NCBI RefSeq assembly: GCF_036321535.1
Contig: NC_087449.1
Span: 60,326,001-60,390,000, forward strand
Direction of reading: 5' to 3'
Length of the DNA: 64,000 nucleotides
Source of the DNA: Camelus dromedarius
Lineage: Eukaryota
How positions within the stretch are numbered: position 1 is the stretch's first letter; every line of letters begins with the position of its first letter. Shown here piece by piece: positions 1-13,900 of this stretch. The position numbers were made by a program, and so were the translations under genes. The notes under the pieces were generated by a model that made no database searches, was not told the origin of the DNA, and saw only the letters and a list, made by a program, of their open reading frames with translations.

Positions 1-689
1 CCGCACTTGTAAAAGGGACCGCAGTGACACCTGCCCAGCCTGGTGCACAGGTGGAAGGACAGAGTGAGAGGAAGGATGTGACAGTGAGTGCTAAGGCAGC
101 TGAAGAGCTGCTTGCATGGGAAGGTTTGCTAAGGAGCTGGGGGTGTGTCTGAGTGAGACTGTGCGTACACGTATGAGCATAAGGCTTTTGGTGTGTGGGC
201 GTGCACATGTTCGCACTGCAAGTGTGTACACGTGTGAGTGTGTGTTCGTGGGCAGGTATATGAGAGAGAGCGAGTGAGGGATCAGCCGCCACTGCGGCCC
301 CACCAGACGGGACGTGGTGCAGGAGTCTTTGCCCCGATAGGCCAGGAGGGACCATCTCACCCGCCTTTAGGGCTGCGGGAGACCCTGTGGAGTGACACTT
401 GACCATTAGTAGACTATCCACACCGTCTGTATCTCCACCCTGGGCTAGTGTCCCTCCGATGAGGAGCTGACGGTCAAAAGTCGCTGTCCCTCACAGCTAG
501 GGGACCTCCGGCAAGACATCTGACCTCCGTGAGCCTGTTTCTTCCCCTGCAAAATGGGTACAACAGAATCGCTACTGCCTTCAGCCAGGTGTCTGGTGGT
601 GGTTGTCATGTGAACATTGTGTACTTTGTGCCCCAATTGCGGCCCCCATTGCCCTCTTCCCTGACCTTCAGCCCCCGACACTAGGTGGC

Positions 690-1360
690 GCGGGAGGCCT
701 GAGGGCCAGAAGTTCCCCCTCCCTGCTCTCCTACCCGCCCCGCACCCCCATTCCCACTCTCAACCCGGCGACGGCAACAGGTGCGCGGTCCGCGGGCGCG
801 CTGGAGGCGGGGAGGGGCGGGGCGGCCTCGCGGGCTCCGCGCTCCGCGCTCCGGGCTCCGGGCGAGCGCTCCCCGGGGCCACCCCGCCCGCCGTGCTGCC
901 CGCGGCTGGCGGGGGCGGGCGCGGCGCGGGAGGCGGTGGAGCGAGGCGAGCCAGGCGCGGCGGCAGGGACGACCCGGCGGGAGCGGCAGCGGGAGCGGCG
1001 ATCGAGCCGAGCGGAGCCCCGGCCCCTTCCCCGCTCGTCCGCGCTTCCGCTGCGCCAGCGCCGCACGTGAGCCCCGGGCCCGCGGAGACATGAGCGCCCG
1101 GCGGCCCGACGCACCCAGCGCGCAGCGGCCCGGCCCCGCGGCCCCGTGATGGGCTCCTGCGTGTCGCGAGGTGAGGGAGCCGCGGATCGAGGGGGTCGGG
1201 GGATCAAGGGTTCGGGTTCCCGCGCCGGCGACGCGCGCACGTCCCCTCGGTCACTCCAAAGAATCTGGGTGGAGGGTGGGGGGACGACTCGCCCTTTTCC
1301 GCTAGCCGCACCCTACCCCCGCCGAGCCCCAGGGGACACGGTGCCCCGACGGGGACAGGG
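690..1360. promoter_or_regulatory. CpG island / GC-rich promoter and first exon of FAM131C
   Basis: Very high GC and CpG density (cgcg, ccgg, gcggcg runs, GGGGCGGGG GC boxes) surrounding the FAM131C start codon at 1149; the flanks are CpG-depleted. Confidence 0.85.
1090..1149 (+). other. Upstream ORF (19 aa, MSARRPDAPSAQRPGPAAP*) whose TGA overlaps the FAM131C ATG
   Basis: ATG at 1090 (gacATGa), open to TGA at 1147-1149; the last A is the A of the main ATG (TGATG). Whether it is in the mRNA depends on a TSS I cannot see. Confidence 0.55.
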
Positions 1361-4300
1361 CGTGGGAAGGGGGAAGCAGCGCGGAAAGAGAGTGTGGGGA
1401 GGTCACCGCAACCCCAGCCCCGCTTGGAACCACACCCCACCAGGTGGCAGAAGCAGGGTCGCTCCTTTTCCAGCAGCCACACACCCCCTGCCGTGTGCCT
1501 CGGAGAAGAGGGAGGCGTCTGATTGCTCCTGGCTTCTCTGGAGGGACTCTGGGCACCAAGAGAGCAAGCAGACCCTCCTTCTCACACCCGGCAAGACACA
1601 GGCCTTACTAGCTCCATGTCTCCTTATCCTAAGCCCCTGTCCTCGGAGAACCTGAAACCCGTGGACAGCAAGGGGTTAATGGAGATGAACAGGTTATAAA
1701 AAAGGTTCGCCTTCCCCCACCCTGATTCCTAACTCCTCATCCCCACCCCCATCCCTGGTCAGAGGACAGGAAGGGACAGAGACAGCTGATGTTCTCAGTA
1801 ACCCCTGGGCTTCTTTCTCCGAGCTTTAAAAGTCACTGTGTGCCACCATTCTCCTGCTCTCCTGTGCCTGAGCCCCAGGGCTCTCTCAAAGGTGCTGCAA
1901 GGGAGCTGGAGTGAGCTGCCTTGGGGGTGGGGGACCGTGCCAGTCTTTGGAACCCTCCCTGCCACCAGCTTTCCAGCAGGCTGCTGAGCAACATTTTAGG
2001 AGAGGTTGGCTGGGTCATTCTCTCACCCTTGTCTCTTCACCCCACAGTGGGACTGGTTGGGGGTGAGATGGGGGCGATGACTGAGGCCTTGGCTCCAGCT
2101 CTGCAGGCTGAAACCAAACCCACTGACCCCAATCATGGCCTGGGGTTGGGGAGGGGCTGCCACCGCACCCATCACCCCCCCACCCCCGCAGCTTACTCAG
2201 GTCTGGAGGGATGAACAGGCCTTGGGGAGGGGCTGGGCAGCCTCTGGAGGGGACCTTGTCCTGGGGGATGTGGGGGATGGAACACAATACCCCTCCCCCC
2301 TCCTCTGGCCTCTATGGGGCTCTCAGGTAAGTGGCTCAGGGTGTCTCAGGAGGGTGTCAGGGCTGGGATCATGGGTGGAGGATAGGCTGTGTGAGGTTCA
2401 TTCACTTATTCGTTTATTAAGCTGATGCTAGGGTGACACCTGATGCGTGCTAGGCACTGTGTACACGCTGGGCGCCCAGAGGCCATAAGCGCAGCCCAGT
2501 ACAGCATCTCCTCTGAGTCCTACAGCCTGGCTGGAGAGGAAGGGAGTATTAAGAGTGAAGAGTGTTTAGAGTTCTTTAGGACTGACAGGCTCTCCGTGTG
2601 TCTCCAGAATCCTCGAAGGCTCTGGTCAGGCTCCAGGTGTTGGGGATCTGGTGTTTCCTTGTTGACTGTCCCTCCCTCATCACTTGCCCATCGCCAGGTG
2701 CTGGAGGCCCAGCCCCGGGTGGACTTGCCTGTGAGAGGCAGACCCGAGGAGAAAGAGCTGCTTGCCATGGTCAGGCTGCGAGGTGGTGTTGAGACCGGGG
2801 CTGGAGCCCAGGTCCTCTGAGCCCTCCACACCTGGGTGTCGGAACCCACTCTCATGCCTGTTTGAGGTCACACTGGCTGAAGACAGGTCTTCTCTACCCT
2901 TCCTTCTGTGGCTTGGGCTCCTAAGTGCCACCTCCAGATCCAGTTATTTAGTCTCTCCTTGTCCCCCTGTTGAGGGGACAGGCCCACCTGCAGTCTCAAC
3001 ATGCATGCAGGCAAGTTGGGTGCAGGTAAAGAAGGTGGGAGACCACTTTTGCAGAGGATAACCATTGTCCTAGTACTCTGGGTCCTCGGTGGCTGAACCA
3101 CTAAGGGGAGGCCACCAACCCTCTCATTGTCACTAATATGCACAGAGTGCTTACGGCTTACCAGGGACTGGTAGGAACATTCTAGGCACGTCTAGCTAGT
3201 TTGGGGTATACACCTACCATAGTGCCCCTTTTACAGAGAAACTGAACAGAGCCCAGGGCCCCTTAGCAGAAAGAGCAGAAGCAGGACTTGAACACAGGCA
3301 CGCTGACCCCAGAGTCTGGGCCCTTGTCCTCTGCACCCCACAGCTGGCCCTCAGACCCGACGCTGGGACCTGTCCTTCTCCTCTCGGGTTGCCGCCTTCT
3401 GTGAGCTTCCGAGTTTCCATACCTGCACCAGTTGCTAATAGCAGCCCCCTCACTCCAAGTGCTTCCTGAAGCCAGGGATTGCTAGCCTCCTGCCGATGCC
3501 TGTACCCAGTCAGAGCCTGCATGAGGCTGGGGCTGCCCCGCCAAGCCCCAGGTACAGGCCACTCCTGGGAGAGCCGCCCCATCCCAGCCTCAGGCAGCAG
3601 TTAGCTTCTCCGTGCCAGGCCTGAGAGGTTAGGGGTGCAGCCTTGGGAGCCGGTCAGCCTAAGTTCACATCCCTGCTCCCCTGTTCACTAGCTCTGTGAC
3701 CTCAGCAGGTGACTTAATGTTGTGGACGTATGTCAGTGTTCTCATCTCTAAAATGGGAATAATATTGGTGTTGATGTCCTAGGGTTACTGGGAGGGGATT
3801 AATAACTTAATTCATGTAAAGCACTCAGACCAGTGCCTAGCATGTAGTAAGCACTGTAAGTGCTGGCTGTTATTTTAATGTTTGATTTTTATTATTACCC
3901 TTCTGTGCAGACAGCTAACCCTGACCCTCTTGGCTGGGAAAGGGGAAGCTACAGATGCTTAAAGCACCATCCTGCCTCCTGGGGAAAGAAGCAGGTGGCC
4001 AGCATTTGAGGTGCTGAGGCCATGTGGGACATGATTTGGACCAGATTAAGGCAACAAATGCTGTTTTCCAGAGCTATTTTATGTTCATTATCTATTTTTA
4101 AGCTACCATTTGTTGGGTGCTTATCCTGATCTGGCTTAGCCATCACGTTCCTGACCTCGTTAGTCCTCATTCAACCCTGGAGGCAGGGAACATAGGGCTC
4201 AGAGATGAGAAGGATCTTATCTGAGGTCACACAGCCAGGGCACAGGCAGGATTTGAATCCAGGACTGTGTGATCCCAGAGGCTGAGCATGAAAACCTGCC

Positions 4301-4886
4301 CTTTTTCTTTCTCATGTCCCCACATGGAGAAAGGCACTGAATGTGTGGCCAGTGCTTAAGAAATGCCGCCCTCTGGAACAACTCGAGTGTTGGCATTTGG
4401 TTGGTCTGCTGGTGACAGTCTGTATGGGCCAGTGTGTATCTGCCCTCACCTGTGCAGCTCCAGGTCTCTCAGGGCCACTCCCACGCCCCTGGTGCTAGAA
4501 CATCTCTGTCTGCCCCTTCCCGGCCCAGTCCTCTCCTCCAGACCAACCGATCCGCCTCCTGGTCCCACTCTGGGGTCTAGTGCTCTGGGTGCTGGTGGGT
4601 TGTGAGAGCAGAAATTGGAGACTGAGGATTTCCTTCCAGAAGGTCAGACATATGATTATGTCTGGGAGGAGGCACAAACTCTAGAGGGGCCAACCAGAGC
4701 CACCCACTTAGGCCCCTCCACCCCAACCCCCTTGTCCTGCCTTGGGCCCAGCAGAGCCAGTGAGCAGAGACCCCATGGGCACTGTAGGGAGACTGAGGAA
4801 GGAGTAAATGGGGCTTTGCCCTTTAGAACTCACAGTCTGAGGAGAGAGACACAACCTTGCCATCGGAGTAGTCTGGTGGGGGAGGC

Positions 4887-4941
<55 letters not shown>

Positions 4942-7900
4942 AGAAAAATGGCCTGAGGACAGTCTCAGGAGATCAACACTGGTCAGTGGTTGGAGCGCAA
5001 GCTTTGAAGTTTCAGACTGGCCTCAGTTTGAACCTCATTTCTGCCACTGACTAGCAGATGATTTTGCAGAGGTGATTTAACTTCTCTGAGCCTCAGTTTC
5101 CCCCTATGTAAAATGGGCATAATAGTACCTACTTTGCAGGATTGTTGTTAAGACTGAATGAGAGCTAGTGGGTGGAAAGGCCTAGGATAGTACCCGACAC
5201 ACAGTAGGTGTTCAATAAACAGTGGCAACAAATTACTATAGATCAGATTTTCCCCATTAGGGCTGCTGAGGCCAATCTAGGCAGGCTGCTTGGAGGAGGT
5301 GAGGCCAGAGCAGGGTGTTCAAAGAAGTCAGGCCACAGAATGGCAGAGGAAGTAGAAAGGAGCTGGGGTGTGTGTGGAAGGTCCTGGAGAGGACATGGAA
5401 AGGGACCCCTTTGGGCAGGTTTGAGTTGCGCCAGCTCACTGATGAAGCTAACTGCCGTGGCTCTGCTGACCTGTAAACCACTGTCCTGGTGAGCAGGGGG
5501 CACTTTGTCTCCTCAAGGCTGGGCCTCTGCCAATCTTAGGGGGACAGACTACAGCTGTGGGAGTGACTCATAGGACTCACCCCCATGGCCTCCGTCTGCA
5601 GAGCCCCCAGGGCAAGCTCCAGCCTGGGGACAGGACCAGGGCAGTGGTGACAGAGATCTGCCCCATGGTCCAGAAAGAGGATCTAGGTCTGGTGGGGAGG
5701 AGGCCAGAGCAGCTGTCATCTGTGGAGTGCTTGCCGTGGCGGGTGCTTCATCCTCACTTTCCAGTATTCTCATTTCACAGATGAGAACCCCGAGGCTCTC
5801 AGGGGCCTTGTTGCATGCCCACAGCCCTGGAGCTAGCAGTGAAAAGCCGGGACTTAAACCCAGGGCAGGGACTGGGGAAGGAACGCCTTGCCCACTGAGT
5901 TCTCTTTCGGGACGAGGCTGGAGCGGGGCGCAGCATAGTTGGGCAGCACATGCCTGGGTGTGGCTGGCTGCAAGCTTTGGAGTTTCAGACTGGACTCCGT
6001 TTGAACTTCATTTCTGCCACTTACTGGCAGGTGACCTTGCAGAGGTGATTTAACCTCTCTGAGCTTCAGTTTCCCCATATGTAAAGTGGGCATAATAGTA
6101 CTTACTTTACAGGGTTGTTGTTAAGATTTAGCCGCAGGGGTCCCTATTTAGCTTGGATTCAACTTAAAGGGGAGGCCAGTGGCTCTCCAGGGAGGGCCAT
6201 CACCAGGGGCTTCAGACCCACGCTGCTGCTCAGTTACTGTGTGCTTTCAAGAGGAGGTTTACCCTCTCTGGACTCCGAGAAAGGGGCAGACTTACCCATG
6301 GGACCTCCCTGTCCTCCCAGGGTGTGGAGCCAGGAGACACTTTCGGGGGGAGATGCAGCTACGATGACTCATGGGCTGGGACATGGAGCACCAAGGAACA
6401 GCTAAAGGGGCTGGATGACTGGGAAGGAGGCGGGAGGAATCTGAGCGGTTATGCTGCAGACTCACCCAAGGAATGAGCAGAGGAAACCAGTGCAGAAACT
6501 TTGCAGCAAGAGGGGTTTAGGTTAGCCATCAGGAGGGACTACCTGGGTGGTGGGACTCTGTAGTAGATTGAGGAGCTGGCGTGGGAAGGAAGGAAGCGTC
6601 TTTGGTAAGCAGAGAAGCCCTGGTTGAAGGCAGAGGGATGGAGGGGACATCTGGATGACACCCCTCCTCTTGAAGGATCAAGATGGCCCCCTCCAGGCTG
6701 CCATGGCAACCAGAGGCCTGTCACTTCGGTGGCCAGGGTGGGTGGGGGAGGGGGCAGATCTAAGAAGGGGCCTCAGACCTTGAGGTCGGGGGTGGGGAGG
6801 GGGCGGGTAGGGTACAGAATGGGAAAGGGAGGGGCACCCCCACAACTCTCCTGGGAGAGGGTGGTGCCCACAGGAACAGAGGCTTGGGGTCTCCTCAGGC
6901 TGCCCCCCAGCCCCCAACCTATGTGAAACGCTGTGTTTTTCCAGTTGCTGGTGGTGACGTGGCTGCCGGTCCCAGCTGGGCGAAGAGCAGCCTGTGATTT
7001 CACCCTGGGCTGGTTCATTACCTGACATCTCCATAGCAACCAGCCTGTGACATCATGGGGCCAAAGTCCTCAGGGGGAGAAGGCAGCTTTGGCAGAGGCA
7101 CCCGCACCCTAACTGAGGTGGGGGACAGGAAGGCTAGGGAGGGGCTGGGAGCCAGGAGTCCATATCCACCACCACCTCGACGAATGACCTTGTTCAAGTC
7201 ACATCTCCTCCAGGCCTTTGACATCCCCTACCAGCTGCCCTTGCTCCCCTGATCTGTGGTTGCAGAGGTTGAAAGCAGCTTCAGGCCATGACCAGAAGCC
7301 TAGAAATATTCTAGCACCCTTCAGAGTTCCCAGGGGCAGTCTGTAGCCAGCATCACCCTCTCTGCACCTTGTGGCCTCAGCTTGTACATGCTGGAACCTT
7401 ATGAGTGTGACTTGCAAACTTTTTTGACTGGAGCCAGAAGGCTAAATATATTTTGCATCATGACCCAGTACACACATGTAGAAGATTCTTACTGCGAGCG
7501 CAGTGTGTCTGTGCAATTTAAACAGAGGCTTCACCTGACTCTGCAGTGGGGTGTGACGTTTTCTGCTCCATTCAATTATGTTTTATTCTTTTAAGATATG
7601 ACCTAGTAGATTGCGTGCAAGGCCCACTGAAGGATGCACCCCTGGTTTGAACACCACCTTTGAGGGGCCTGGAACATGGCCTTTGTACACATGGAAACTC
7701 TGAAGCCCAGAGAGGGGCAGGACTGGCTCAGAGTCACATAGCCAGGATGCGGGATGAAGCACAAGATGTGTTGCCTGCTGTGCTGTGCACGTGCAGGGCC
7801 CAGCCCGCACGATCCCGTGCTGCCCTCGCTGGGTCACTGAGCTCTGAATTCAGGGGGTGGGGGCTTAATCCTGGCTCTGCCTCCCTTTTCTCCAGTCCCT

Positions 7901-10900
7901 GCTTCACAGTCTCACTTAAACCTCCCTGATTTGCTGGCGCAAAACAGCCTTCAGGCAGGTCCCAGAACTCTCTAGTCTCTTCCGGACACTAAGTCCAGTC
8001 CAATTTGGATAAAAACCTTCCACCCCACCCCCACCATCCCCACACCTACCTACATTGCCTGCCTCCAGACACTCCCTTCCCCTCCGGGCCAGCTCCCCCC
8101 ATCAGCTCTCCTGTGCAGCAACCCCCCCTCCCCGACCCCTCCCAACCCCCAAACTCATCGAAACTCCTTTTGTGCTTTGGAAGAGAGTGCCTCAATGTGT
8201 CAGAGCGACAGGGCTCAGATCCTGCCTGTCGGTCACTGGCTGTGTCCCTGGGGCTGGTGACATCCCCACCTGTGCCTCAGTCTCCCCACCTGTGCCTCAG
8301 TCTCCCCACCTGTCAAGTTGAGCAGCAGATTCCTTCACCTCTCGGTCAAGGTGGGAAGGGAGAGTAGAGAGGGGAGCGCTCCCCTGGCACTGCTGTTCCC
8401 CCAGGTCCTTGCATTCGAATGAGGGGCTTTGGGGCTGGTTTCCTGCATCAAACTGAACTCTCTCAGGGAAGGGACAGAGTTAATCCCACCTCTACCCCAG
8501 GTGTTTGCACAGTGTAGACTCTCAGTAGACGGACGCTCAGTGGCTGAAGGGATGAATGAATGAACTAATGAACAACCCCCCTCCAGATCTTCACGTACTG
8601 GGGCTTTTCTTGATACTCAGACCTCAGCTCTGAGACGCCTCTCCAGTCCTCTCCAGCTCACACTCTCCCTCAGTTTTTCCTTCACAGATTCATTGCTATC
8701 AAAGGTATCTCATTCACTTGTGGGTTTGTGGTTAATAGTCTGTCTCGCCACTAGACTGTCAGCTCCCTGAGGGCAGAAACCATCTCTGCCTTGTTCACCG
8801 CCGTGTCCTCGGGACAGAGAACAGTGCCTGGTGCATGTGGCTGCTCAGTGCTACTGTTCAGTGAATGGAAGAGGAGATAAATGTGTTCATCCAGTGACCG
8901 ATAAGGGTGTTCCCTGTCATCCTTTGTGAGTGGAGGAGGCCCCTCCGATTTGGCCCAAGGATTCAGGCCAGCAGTTCCAGTTGCTCGATTCAATGTGTTC
9001 AGTCCCTCAGCAACTACTGCGGACCTACTATGTTCTGTGGTGGGCCCCGAGGATGCGGCCGTGACGAGCTGATTGCTGCCCTCCCACACATAAATAGCTT
9101 TACCGGATATCCTGTGCTAAGTGCTGTAATAAAGGTAGAAATCATTCCACAAATGTTTATAGAGCACTTACTAAGTGCAGGCAGGGTTCTCGGCTCTGGA
9201 CGCAGAGCACTGAGCAGGGCTGCCGTGGTCTCTGTCCTCATGGTGCTCAGGTTCATTAGGAGGAGAAGGACTGGGCACTTAAACAAAAATAACAGAGAGT
9301 GATGACTGGGGAGTGGCTGTTGGCCAGCATAGGGGACAGGGAGGGCCGCACTGAGCAGGTGGCCGGGGAAGGCCTCTCTTGTGCTGAGTCCCAGATGATG
9401 AGGTTCAGGAGGATCTGGGTAAAGAGTGTTCCAGGCACAGGAGAGGGGACAGCGAGGACAAAGAACAAGTTCGGCCATTTGAGGAGCAGGAAGGAGGCCA
9501 GAGTGGCCAGAACAGTGAGCGAGGGGGAGGGAGGAGGATAGAGGTCAGGAGTGGGCGAGCTGGCGTGTAGGGCCCTGAAGACCATGATGAGGGGCTGGTT
9601 CTTCTAAAGTGCGATGGAAGAAGTCAGGGGCAGGTTTTAAGCAAAGACAGTCCAACCTGGGCTGTGATGTCTCTGTGCTTTTGGGTGGAGAGTGGACAGG
9701 GTAGGGGTGGCCAGAAGGGGAAACAGGAGGCTGTTGGCATCCAGGTGAGAGAGGGGAGCAGCGGTGGGGATGGAGAGGGATAAATCTGGAGCAGAGGTTG
9801 GAGTGAGAGAGCCAGTGGGACTTGCTGATTGATTGGATGGTGTTGGTTGGGGAGGGTCAGGGAAGGCAGGACTCCAAGAAAACATGTGGATTTTTTGTTG
9901 GTACTGCTGGGTGGACCATTGCATCATTTTCTAAAATTGGGAAAGTGAAGGAAGATGGACTCAGGTTTGCAAGTCCTGTTTTGCCCAGATTTGCTTGAGA
10001 TGCCTATTGGGCATCTACTTAGCGAGCTGGAAATTTGGGCAAGAGCCAAGCAGAGAGTTGAGGCTGGAGGTGTCAAAGTGGGTGTCAGCGCATCCAGGTG
10101 AGATCTCCTGGGAGAGAGAGAAGGGAGGTGAGAAGGGGCCTGGATAGAGCTGCGAGGCAGGCACGCCCGGGGGCTGAGCAGGGAAGGAGGGAAGCCAGGG
10201 GAAAGGTGTGGCTGGAGAGGGAGGGTGACATCCATGTGCCTGCTGAGTGGCCACTGAAGATGGGGCTGGAGAAGCCACCGCTGAGCTTGGCCCCGTGCAG
10301 GCTTCCGGCCACTCGCCATGGACTGTCTCGTGAAAGGCTGCGTGTTGGAATGGATGGAGGAGAAAATGGGAGATGGGGAAGTAGAGGTCAGACACAATTT
10401 AAAGTCTGGCCACAAAGGGGACAGAGGAGTGAGCAAAGAGCTGGAGGGAAGCAGGGGTCAGGAGAAGGTCTTTAAAGGGTGGGAGATGCTTGAGCTGCCA
10501 GGGGGCTGGGGGCTGGCCCACTGGTATGGGACTCAGTGAGACAGGAGACGGCGGGGCAGGGGTGAATGCTGGCAAGAGTCCCTGAGCCAAGAGGCCTTCA
10601 GCATCTGCCACACTGATGGGACGTCGGTGGGGAGGGAAACCCAACACAGGAGAGAGAGTGCACAGAGCAGAGCCCCGCCCTGGGTGCAGGGCAGGCACAG
10701 GACCCAGACCCCGGGTGGCGGTGGAGGGACTTGTCTTGCACCGACAGGGGACAATTCTTCCTTTGTCATGAGAGGGAAAGCAGTGTGGCCTGCAGTCAGG
10801 ACGATGATCTAAGGTGGGGAGAATGGGGTGATGCCTTCCCAAGGCTCCTGGGTGGCACTGAGAGTGGAGAGAAGCCAGCAGGAGGGTGCAGGGAGCAGCA

Positions 10901-13900
10901 GGGGTGCCAGTGTCGGAGGTTTGAGAAGGAAAGAGGGTGAGGTAGTCAACCTGGCTGGAAGCAAACTAGCAGGAGTCAGAGAGACGTAGACAGATCCCTG
11001 GGTAGCGTCCTCTGTGAGGCTGATGGGCACCACTTTTACCTGAGGCCGGTGACTTTCCCCAGGGACAGGCAGCTCTGAAGGTCCAGGCAAGAAACAGGCA
11101 GAGGGTTAGACTAAGCAGGGTTAAGAGAGTCAGGGGCATCTGCAAAGGAGAGCTCAGAGGGTACGCCGGGGGTCTTAGCTGGGCCAGGGGGGAAGTGGAA
11201 GCTGGTGGAAGGTGGCAGAATAAATGAATTGGAGCTCTCCATGCAGTCAAAACGTGGCTGGAGTGTGGGTGCGAGAGTTAGTGGAAGTGGAGTAAAAGGA
11301 AATTGGGCAAGTGATTCCTACGGAGGGGACCAGGCAGGAGGGGATCTGGCCAGGCTCCCAGCTGCTGTGGGCTTGAGTGTTTTCAGCAGAATGATGTGAA
11401 TAATAATAAAGTAATGCCCATCTCTCAGGACGGGCCTGAACCAGCCTGACGAGCGGGAGAGCGCCGGGCTTTGCTAAGTTCCTCCTGCCTTTCTTACCTC
11501 CAGATCTGTTCACAAGTGCCCACAAGGACTGCCCCCTGCCCCAGGGCACGGCCCCCCTGAACCCAGACTTGCGCTCCAGCCGCCCACCCATCGTGGCTCC
11601 AGACCACGTCACTGGCAAGGTAACCGGTATCGCTCCACCCCAATCCCCACCCCTGCCTGGTTCCTGGGTGGTGCCCTACAGCTCCCCACAGGGAGCAAAA
11701 ACCATCCCAGACTCCTCTCTCCCTGCCAGACTTGGCTACTTCCTGTGCGATCAGGACCCCTAAGGGTTGGTATTCATCTGATGAAGGTCTTCCCACCCCA
11801 ATTAATTCAGCCTTGCAGTTAAAAGTTCTGTTACCAGCCTGGGACTCCTTAGCAGCCTGCACTGCCTGCTGGAGAGTAAAGGAAGGGAATTCTCAGTCCA
11901 GAAAGATCAGGAAGATCTTGCTAGAGGGCCTCAAATCCTGGTGCATAATTTCCACCCTTGCCCCAGAGGCTGTGGCTTGAACCTGCCAGTTGATATAATT
12001 ACCTTTTCCTTCACCACGTACCATTGTGCTAGGCTCTTTGCCGACATTACATCATTTATGCTTCAGCACAACCCGTGAGGTAAATGGCATTGTCACCATT
12101 TTACAGAAGATGAAATTGATGTTCTGAGATGTTAAGTCACTAGTTTAAGGATATCCAGTCAAAACTTGACCCAAGTCTGCTCGATCCCAGCAGCCACTGC
12201 CTCTCCCGGCCCCCTCACCCTGCCCACTTCTCTCTCTGCATGCCAGGGGACACCAGGGTATGGCCCATGAGTGGGCAGACCCTGACCTCAGGGAGCACCA
12301 GACAGCTGACCCACACCACCACCCAGGGCGCCGGGACTTGTGCCATCTGCTGGCGCAGTGTGCCAGGCCCGGCCTGTTCCTCTTTCTCCTCTTGTTTTAG
12401 GACAAACAGATGGATTTCTGTTGGGATCCTTGGCAGGTCAGTGCACTTGTCCACTGCCCAGTCCAGCCAGCCACAGCTGACACCATTGCCTCCCCCTGTG
12501 CCGGGCCCCTCCAGGGAACATGGTGCCACCAGCCCTGGGGGAAGAGTGAAGAGGCCTGATGAAGACAGGGGTGGGGATGGTCTCGTGGGGGTGGCAGGAT
12601 CACTCTGGCCCAGCCCAGAGGACCTGGGGAGGGTGGGTCCTGGGGACGGGAGGGGTGGGGGGACATCACCTTGCAGGTCTGCCCCTCCCTGCTCATCCCC
12701 CTCCCCTCCTACAGAGGTGCTTCCAGACCACCAACGGCTACCTGTCCGACTCCAGATCCTGCTCCAGCAACTACAACGTGGCAGCCCTGGCCACCTCGTC
12801 CCTCGTGGGTGAGCTCCAGCCGCCCTCTCCTGCCCTTGGGGTTCGCACAGACACTAGCTGTAGGAGGGTTAAAGCTGAACCGCAGCTGGAAGGATTGAGG
12901 CCCTGTTGGAGTCAACGTTTTCTAAACGCCAGGCTCTGCAGGACTTAGGGTTCCTGCCCCCATGGGCTAAATTATTGGGCTCTCAAGAGTTCTGAGGGGA
13001 TGGCCCCGATTTTCCAGATGTCTGCCCAACGTGGTCCCCAGCCTCTCTGAGCAGATGGAATCTGCCAGTCAGGCCACCTTGGGGCCCTGGAAGCAGAGCC
13101 GAGGTGAGAACTGTCATGCTAATGATTTACTGAGGGATTATTCTCAAAGGAAACCTGTAGGGAGTGAGGCCGCAGGAGGGGTCGGGGAGGGAGCTCGGCG
13201 AAGCTGTGGTTGCAGAAGCATCCTCTTTCCCTGCCTGATCCCACTGGAGCTCAGGAGCATGACTCGCACCACGGAACTCATGGCACTTTGACGCCAGGTG
13301 GCTGACTCTATATTACTCCTCCATCATCCATCACTGGCTGCCCCTGGGGAGGACTTTCCCACCTCCCAGGCATCTCTGGGTGAGGCAGCTCCTCTCAGCT
13401 AAGGTCATGGCTCCCAAAAAGGGTGCAGGTGTGAGCCAGCAGCAGCAGCAGCGGCACCTACAGCAGTGGGGGGCTGGGCACACAGGCCAGCCAAGGGGTC
13501 TCCCTGGGCCACCACAGCATCTGCCCTCACACACAACCCAGGCTGTTCTCAGCCAGCGTCAGGATCCCATTTCTTATATCCCTTGCAGCGCCCCAGAAGG
13601 CCCTTGCTGCCCCACCACCACCATCACGTTTGCCCCTGCTGTTTCCTCCACCTGAAACCACTTCCCTCTGCCTCACCTGCCCCTCAGGAGCCCCTGAACC
13701 ATGGCCTCCAGAAACCTTCTCTGGTTGCCGGCACTCCCCAGCTTTGGGGGTTCTCCCCTTTCTTCCTCACCTCCACCTTTCCCATTTTCCGAGTTTCATG
13801 TCTCAGTCTCCTTTGTGGATGCCCATCTTTCTTCAATATTGCCATTCCTCACATCATGGTTTCTGGGACCAGTGATTCCCAGATCTATGTTCTCAGCCTG

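Noticed and set aside
603-1655. Several overlapping 120-170 aa ORFs on both strands
   Set aside because: Arg/Ala/Gly/Pro-rich products of a stop-poor CpG island; no recognisable domain; only the 22-nt FAM131C coding exon and the uORF are supported.
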